Assembly: GCA_012027035.1 (NCBI GenBank)
Contig: VEPD01000072.1
Coordinates: forward strand, 1 to 34,119
Direction: 5' to 3'
DNA: 34,119 nucleotides
From: Ruminiclostridium sp.
GTDB taxonomy: Bacteria; Bacillota; Clostridia; Acetivibrionales; DTU013
The notes under the pieces were generated by a model, which had not been told where the DNA came from, made no database searches, and saw only the letters and a list, made by a program, of their open reading frames with translations. The position numbers and the translations under genes were made by a program. Each line of letters begins with the position of its first letter. Positions within the stretch are counted from its first letter, which is position 1. Shown piece by piece: positions 28,198 through 34,119 of this stretch.

Positions 28198-30669
28198 TTA
28201 AACTCCCAGCCTGTTTGTCCTTATTTGTTCGTTTGCAGTATAATTATTTCTGGCTACATGTCCCTTAAGAGGCATTATCTTTTCATGAATAGCATCAATA
28301 ATCCATCCGGGCTGCGGGAAAAAAGCCTCTTCCAGCTCGTAGGCAGGTGTGATCCAGTTTTTCGCGCCAACTACCACCGGAGGCGCATCCAGATAATCGA
28401 AGCCAAGCTCGCAAATATTGCGGGCCATGTCGGACAGATGTGAACCGCGTTCGCAGGCATCGCTGGCAAGAAGTATCCTGCCTGTCTTTTTCAAGGATTC
28501 CAGCACCTTTTCATAATTGAAAGGTACAATGCTTCTGGCATCAATGACTTCAGCCGATATGCCGTATTTTTCCTCCAGTATTTTCGCTGCGTCAAGAGCT
28601 CTGTACAAGGTTGCTCCAATAGTCAGTATGGTGATATCCCTGCCTTTCTTCTTGATGTCCGGCTCACCCAGAGGAATTTCATAATAGCCCTCCGGCACAC
28701 CTTCCATTTGGAACATTTCACCTATATCGTAAACTCTCTGGCTTTCAAAGAATATTACCGGGTCGGTACCCATAAGGGCCGTATTCATTAAACCTTTGGC
28801 ATCATAAGGCGTTACCGGGAAAACTGCTTTGAGCCCCGGGATGTGCGCTATGATGGAAGTCCAGTCCTGTGAATGCTGCGCGCCGTATTTTGAGCCTATT
28901 GAAACCCTCACTACCACAGGCATCTTCAATATTCCCGCACTCATCGACTGCCATTTGGACAGCTGGTTGAACACTTCGTCACCGGCTCTTCCCAGGAAAT
29001 CGCAGTACATGAGTTCAACAACGGCTCTGCCTCCGCAAAGTCCATATCCTACAGCAGTACCGACTATTGCGCCTTCAGAAATCGGCGAATTGAACAGCCT
29101 GTGATAAGGCATGGCTTCGGTAAGGCCTCTGTATACTGCAAAAGCGCCGCCCCAATCTCTGTTTTCTTCACCGTAGGCAATGAATGTAGGGTCTGTATAA
29201 AATTTATCTAAAATAGCCTCAAAGATACCGTCCCTGAGCTGGTAAACCTTATTTTTGGGGACGGGCTTTCCATCCTGGAATGCGCTTCTTACCTTTTTCT
29301 GTATCTGCTGCACTCTTGGATTTTCTTCCTTGGAGATAAGAGCATCACAAGGCCTGTTTTCCATTTTCTCAACTCTCTGATTGGAAAACATAAGGTCACC
29401 TATGGCATTGGGGTTTTTAACCATGTCCATCCTGGGTGACACATTGTCATCTGTGGCCATTTTGCAAGCTTTGGTAACAAGCTCTCTGGTATTTTCAAGT
29501 ATGGCGTCAAACTCTTCTGCTTTTGCAACACCGGCCAGTATGAGCTTATTCCTGTATTCAATCAATGAATCATTTTCAAGCCATGCTTCAATTTCTTCCT
29601 TTGTCCTGTAGCTGGAAGCGTCTGAAGGAGAGTGTCCGGTAAATCTGTATGTCAGAGTGTCAAGCAATACCGGTCCGTCCTTTTCTTCCAGAACCTTCAT
29701 CTTTCTTCTCATTACATCTATGACAGCCAGCGGATTGTATCCGTCCACCCTCTCGGCATGCATCTGTTCGGGATTTACACCGGCGCCCACACGGGCAAGC
29801 ACATTATAGCCCATAGTCTCGCCAACCGTCTGGCCGCCCATTCCATACTGGTTGTTAAAGAAATTAAGGATGTATGGCAGGCCGCCCTTGTATTCACCCT
29901 CCCAAAGGGTCTTGAACTGGTCCATTGCAGCAAAGCACAGGCCTTCCCAAACCGGTCCGCAACCCATGGAGGCGTCGCCGATATTGCCTATGACAATGCC
30001 TTTTTTCTTGTTGACTTTTTTATAGAGTGCGGCGCCTACGGATATATCGCCCGAACCGCCGACAATCGCATTATTGGGATAAATCCCGAAAGGGGTGAAG
30101 AATGCATGCATTGAGCCGCCAAGGCCTTTATGGAAGCCTGTTTCCCTGGCAAATATTTCAGCCAGGGTGCCGTAAATCAGAAAATCAACTGCAAGCTCCC
30201 TGACATCGCTTTTATTTTTCTGTTTGCCTTCCACAACTTTCAGGATAGCTCCATCAAAGAACTTCTCCATTATTTCCAGCAATTCCTTGTCACTGAGCTT
30301 TTGTATTGCTGAAAGGCCCTTTGCCAGGATATCGCCGTGGCTTCTGTGGGAGCCGAAAATATAGTCGTCCCTGCCCAGCAGGTATGCCTGACCAACAACC
30401 GACGCTTCCTGCCCGATGGAAAGGTGGGCGGGTCCCGGGTGGTTGTATTGTATGCCGTTATACTCATTTGTAGTTTTGATTGCATTCAGCATTGTTTCAA
30501 ATTCACGGATTATGGTCATGTCCCTGTATATCCTGAGGAAATCCTCCCTGGAATAGTTGGCTTTTTCCTCTTCAATTGTCTTATTATACTGGTTTATGGG
30601 AATATCCGCGAATCTCACCTTACCGCTTTTTCTTACCTCTTTCGGGTTGATAAATATTGATTTTGGCAT
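28198..30669 (-). CDS. Fused E1 alpha/beta, TPP-dependent 2-oxoacid/acetoin dehydrogenase family
   Basis: 823 aa; [21 protein letters not shown] motif GDA...[15 protein letters not shown], then beta-domain [24 protein letters not shown]. Confidence 0.93.
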   Translation of the reverse strand: MPKSIFINPKEVRKSGKVRFADIPINQYNKTIEEEKANYSREDFLRIYRDMTIIREFETMLNAIKTTNEYNGIQYNHPGPAHLSIGQEASVVGQAYLLGRDDYIFGSHRSHGDILAKGLSAIQKLSDKELLEIMEKFFDGAILKVVEGKQKNKSDVRELAVDFLIYGTLAEIFARETGFHKGLGGSMHAFFTPFGIYPNNAIVGGSGDISVGAALYKKVNKKKGIVIGNIGDASMGCGPVWEGLCFAAMDQFKTLWEGEYKGGLPYILNFFNNQYGMGGQTVGETMGYNVLARVGAGVNPEQMHAERVDGYNPLAVIDVMRRKMKVLEEKDGPVLLDTLTYRFTGHSPSDASSYRTKEEIEAWLENDSLIEYRNKLILAGVAKAEEFDAILENTRELVTKACKMATDDNVSPRMDMVKNPNAIGDLMFSNQRVEKMENRPCDALISKEENPRVQQIQKKVRSAFQDGKPVPKNKVYQLRDGIFEAILDKFYTDPTFIAYGEENRDWGGAFAVYRGLTEAMPYHRLFNSPISEGAIVGTAVGYGLCGGRAVVELMYCDFLGRAGDEVFNQLSKWQSMSAGILKMPVVVRVSIGSKYGAQHSQDWTSIIAHIPGLKAVFPVTPYDAKGLMNTALMGTDPVIFFESQRVYDIGEMFQMEGVPEGYYEIPLGEPDIKKKGRDITILTIGATLYRALDAAKILEEKYGISAEVIDARSIVPFNYEKVLESLKKTGRILLASDACERGSHLSDMARNICELGFDYLDAPPVVVGAKNWITPAYELEEAFFPQPGWIIDAIHEKIMPLKGHVARNNYTANEQIRTNRLGV

Positions 30670-30697
30670 TATGAAACCTCAGCTTTCTGTTATAAGT

Positions 30698-32065
30698 TTA
30701 TTTAAATTCGAAAATAGCTTCACGTATTATTTCACATACTGTAGGGTGCGGGAAAACCAATTCCTTGATGTCTTCCACCCGCATCTGGGTTTCAATCATC
30801 ATTCCCGCGCCATAAATAAGCTCCGACGAATAATTTCCTATCATATGCACACCCAGCAGCCGTCTGGTCCCTTTTTCGATGAGCGCTTTGCAAATACCGT
30901 CCCCGCCTTCGTTCTCAGCCGCATATCTTCCGCTGTACATCATTGACAGCCTGACTGCTTCAAATTCGATACCCTTCTGTTTTGCTGTTTCTTCGGTTTC
31001 ACCGACGCAGCCGTCTTCAGGGTTTGTATATATTACTGAAGGTATGGCCTCATACCTCATTAAGTCTTTTCTGCCAAGAATATTATTGATGCATACCTCG
31101 GCTTCCCTGTATGCTGTATGAGCCAGCATGGAAGTGCCGTTTACATCTCCGGCTGCATATACCTCCGGAATATTTGTCTTGCCTCTTGCATCCACCTTGA
31201 TGCCGCCTTTTTCCAGTTCGACACCTATCGTTTCCAGCCCGATTCCGTTTACCACAGGCCTGCGGCCTATGCTCATCAGCACTTTTTCCGCATCGGCAGA
31301 ATAGGTCCGGCCTTCGGATTCATAAACGACAGAGCCTTCCTTCACCTCAACCACCTTGCAGTTCAGCTTGAACTCCACGCCTTTTTTCTTGTAATTTTTC
31401 AGGAGTATTTCCGATATCTGCCTGTCGGTGTAGCCGGCTATATGATCAAGCATTTCTATGACGGTAACCCTGCTCCCGGCAGAATTGAAATACGATGCCA
31501 TTTCAAGGCCTATCACCCCGCCGCCCACTATTACAAGCGATGCGGGAATACTTCTGATATCAAGTATTTCTCTATTTGTTAGGACATAACCTTTATCCAG
31601 ACCTTCCTTCACTCCGGTTATCGGAGGTATGACCGGCATGGATCCGGTAGCAATCAATAACCTTTTACCTGTATATTTTTCATTTCCGGATTTGACTTCA
31701 TAACCTTCCGGATTTCTTCCGGTGATTTCACCCAGGCCTTCCAACAGTGTCACATTACTGGCTTTCAGCTTGCCTTTTATACCGGCTACAAGCATTCTGA
31801 CCACTCTATTTTTTCTTTCTATAACCGCTTCATGGTTAAAAGTTACATTTTCAGCCGTTACACCATATTTTTCACCATGTTTGACCGAGTCGTAAATCTT
31901 CGCGGAATATAACAGGGCCTTGGAAGGTATGCAGCCTTCATTCAGGCAGACGCCCCCCACAAATCTTTTTTCTATGAGCAGAGTGTTCAATCCCCCGTGT
32001 CCAGCCCTCTCGGCTGCCAGATATCCGGCAGGGCCGCCGCCTAATATAATCAGATCATAAATCAT
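30698..32065 (-). CDS. lpdA: Dihydrolipoyl dehydrogenase (E3)
   Basis: GGGPAGY, GGVCLNEGCIPSK, GGGVIGLE, MLAHTA, HPTVCE. Confidence 0.96.
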   Translation of the reverse strand: MIYDLIILGGGPAGYLAAERAGHGGLNTLLIEKRFVGGVCLNEGCIPSKALLYSAKIYDSVKHGEKYGVTAENVTFNHEAVIERKNRVVRMLVAGIKGKLKASNVTLLEGLGEITGRNPEGYEVKSGNEKYTGKRLLIATGSMPVIPPITGVKEGLDKGYVLTNREILDIRSIPASLVIVGGGVIGLEMASYFNSAGSRVTVIEMLDHIAGYTDRQISEILLKNYKKKGVEFKLNCKVVEVKEGSVVYESEGRTYSADAEKVLMSIGRRPVVNGIGLETIGVELEKGGIKVDARGKTNIPEVYAAGDVNGTSMLAHTAYREAEVCINNILGRKDLMRYEAIPSVIYTNPEDGCVGETEETAKQKGIEFEAVRLSMMYSGRYAAENEGGDGICKALIEKGTRRLLGVHMIGNYSSELIYGAGMMIETQMRVEDIKELVFPHPTVCEIIREAIFEFK

Positions 32066-32092
32066 TTTATCGCCTCCATTTTTTATTTACCT

Positions 32093-33478
32093 CTATTTCA
32101 CCAGCAGCAAGCTGAAATTCTCCAGGTTTTCCTTCAGATCCTTAAGGAATCTCGCAGCCGGCGCACCGTCAAGTGCCCTGTGGTCAAAGGTGAGGGACAG
32201 TCCCATGGCGGGGTAATAGACATACTGCCCATTAACCTCTTTCACTCTTTGAATTATATTGTTGACTCCGAGGATTCCCGTCTGCGGAGGATTGAGCACC
32301 GGGGTGAAGGATTCAATGCCCAGTGTGCCCAGATTTGTGATGGTAAATGTGCCGCCTTTAAGATCATCAAGTTTGATGGTTCCCTTCTGGCAGCTCTCAG
32401 CCAGCTTCTTGGCCTCACTTGATATTTCATTCAGCGATTTAAGGTTTGCACTTCTAAGAGTGGGAACCATAAGTCCTTTTTCAGTATCAACGGCTATTCC
32501 CAGATTTGCATTTTTGTAGATATTCATTTTGTCATCAAGAAAATGAGCATTCAAACTCTTGTGATTCAGAATGGTTCTTGAAACTGTATATAGAATTATA
32601 TCATTTATGGTGATATTCTCAAAACCCAGGCTGTTTCCCGCGTTTTTCAGCTTTTTGCGGAAGGCCAGGATATCGGTTGCATCAAAAGAGGAATTTAATG
32701 TAAGCTGTGCGGCAGAAGTCAGTGACTGCTGCATGGCTTTTGAAATGACTTTACGGATACTGGTGAGCTTGACCTCCTCAAACTCCGGCAGTATGCCGGC
32801 CGGAGCTGCAGCGGGAACGGGTTGGACCGTACTTCCGGATGCGGAAGGCGTCACAGGTGCGCGATTAACATCATCAACAGTTATCCTCCCGCCGATTCCG
32901 GAACCTTCAGCTGCATTAAAATCGGGATGCAATCCTTTTGCTGCAGTTGTAACAAGACGTCCGCCGTCTCTAAGTGCTGCAACATCCCTTTCAATGATTC
33001 TTCCGTCTGGTCCCGAAGGCTCAGCAAAGCGCAGATCGACTCCCGCTTTTTCAGCCAGATTTTTTGCACGGGGGGATATTTTCATTTTACCGTCCTGGTT
33101 GTGCATGGATACTTCAACCTTATGGGCTCCAATTTCAGGCGCGGCTTTTACTTCAATTTCTGTTGCAGCCACCGCTTCCGGTTTAGTTGACGGCGCGGCA
33201 TCCTGTTTTGAATTCGGGTTGAATATCGAAGCATCTTCACCTTCGTTTCCAATTGCGCAAACATTCAACAGACAGGGTACATCGTCACCTTCCTGAAAAA
33301 AGATATCCAGCAGTATCCCACCTGCCTTTGCTTCTTCATCAAAGGTTGCCTTGTCCGTCTCATATGTAAAAAGTACATCCCCGGCTTGCACCCTGTCGCC
33401 TTTTTTCTTTACCCATTTGGATATTATGCAGCTTTCAACGGATTGACCCTGACGCGGCATGATCACTGGTATTGCCAT
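32093..33478 (-). CDS. Dihydrolipoamide acyltransferase (E2)
   Basis: One lipoyl domain (ETDKA), E3-binding domain (ISPRAKNLA...SGPDGRI), catalytic GGTFTITNLG and FDHRALDG; AGGAGG RBS. Confidence 0.95.
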   Translation of the reverse strand: MAIPVIMPRQGQSVESCIISKWVKKKGDRVQAGDVLFTYETDKATFDEEAKAGGILLDIFFQEGDDVPCLLNVCAIGNEGEDASIFNPNSKQDAAPSTKPEAVAATEIEVKAAPEIGAHKVEVSMHNQDGKMKISPRAKNLAEKAGVDLRFAEPSGPDGRIIERDVAALRDGGRLVTTAAKGLHPDFNAAEGSGIGGRITVDDVNRAPVTPSASGSTVQPVPAAAPAGILPEFEEVKLTSIRKVISKAMQQSLTSAAQLTLNSSFDATDILAFRKKLKNAGNSLGFENITINDIILYTVSRTILNHKSLNAHFLDDKMNIYKNANLGIAVDTEKGLMVPTLRSANLKSLNEISSEAKKLAESCQKGTIKLDDLKGGTFTITNLGTLGIESFTPVLNPPQTGILGVNNIIQRVKEVNGQYVYYPAMGLSLTFDHRALDGAPAARFLKDLKENLENFSLLLVK

Positions 33479-33564
33479 ATAGACCTCCTGTTTTTTTATT
33501 GGATTATTATCTTCAATGTTACTTTATCACTATGCAGTGTTACAAATTAACATTAACAAGATGT

Positions 33565-33594
33565 ATTCTAACATATCACGGCAAAAGATGTCAA
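33565..33594 (-). promoter_or_regulatory. Sigma-A promoter of the E2-E3-E1 operon
   Basis: Minus strand TTGACA-18 nt-TAGAAT with TGn extended -10; repeated TAACA motifs nearby could be DeoR operators. Confidence 0.7.
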
Positions 33595-33611
33595 TAAAAA
33601 AACTCAGGGGC

Positions 33612-34028
33612 CACGGCAAAATCATGAACCCATATTTTTCCTAGCCCTTTATCAAGAGCTTTTTAAAAAATGCAGTTTCAGCATTAATATTAAAGAAAAC
33701 CGCCTGTATATCTGACTCTTGGGCCTTTCAAAGATTGCAGAAAGACCGAATGGATATTTGACAAGCCGGATGATCTATTCCGGATACACCCCGCTATTCA
33801 CAATTTAACTTCAAGCTATTATCTGTTTTTAAAATTCAAGTCAATTAAGTAATCACGATATGCAAAATCAAGTCCTGCTATGAATCGTCGGCTTTTCATA
33901 CTCTCTTTCGGGTGCTTTTTAGTATCATTTTTTACCAAGTTGAATGCTATCCTTTTCAATAAAGCCATGTTTTGCGGAGCAGTACCCTTTCTTGTCCGAT
34001 TAGCGTCATCACCATAGGTAACATCCAG
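33612..34028 (-). mobile_element. ISAs1-family element remnant (transposase C-terminus 33819-34028 plus putative right inverted repeat)
   Basis: Hand translation LDVTYGDDANRTRKGTAPQNMALLKRIAFNLVKND...SMKSRRFIAGLDFAYRDYLI matches the ISAs1 C-terminus; CACGGCAAAATCATGA at 33612 resembles ISAs1 ends. Confidence 0.8.
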
Positions 34029-34119
34029 ATTATCCCAGTTCTCAGATAATCTGGATTATCCCAGAAGTTCTGTTATCCGAGAAGAAGTGCCACGTGGCCG
34101 TTTCAATCTGCGTAGTGCA

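Noticed and set aside
32571-33296. 241 aa plus-strand ORF and the other antisense ORFs inside long genes
   Set aside because: Fully antisense to well-supported genes; codon-pattern shadows.
28198-33478. Assigning pdhABC, acoABC or bkd gene symbols
   Set aside because: Family is clear but substrate is not; the E1 is atypical.

Overview
A 34 kb chromosomal window from a Firmicute, most likely a Clostridia-class organism (GGAG RBSs, sigma-A promoters, lipoprotein ABC binding protein, YesM/YesN-type two-component system). It is almost entirely carbohydrate catabolism, in four parts. (1) 1-16.6 kb, minus strand: a two-component system, an 879 aa uncharacterised glycosidase-like protein, an SGNH hydrolase, a sugar ABC transporter, a URO-D/MtaA-like protein, a second glycosidase-like protein, an ADP-ribosylglycohydrolase-family protein and a DUF5703-like gene running off the left edge. 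A 146 bp promoter segment and a piece of the kinase gene are duplicated within this block. (2) 16.8-18.9 kb: gene fragments (GH38 C-terminus, solute-binding protein fragment, MNT with truncated HEPN, ISKra4-like transposase remnant). (3) 18.9-24.9 kb: split UxaA-family dehydratase, a second URO-D-like paralog (about 78% identical to the first), two AraC regulators and a third, divergent URO-D-like protein. (4) 25-33.5 kb, minus strand: an operon of E2, E3, fused acetoin-dehydrogenase-like E1, DeoR regulator, SrlD-like dehydrogenase and an atypical PHP protein, with an ISAs1 remnant upstream of its promoter. Non-coding structure includes a 113 bp MITE-like element with a 4 bp target duplication and two partial copies, and a 2 x 67 bp palindromic tandem repeat. 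No rRNA, tRNA or CRISPR array was seen. All family calls come from motif recognition by eye, not from database searches.
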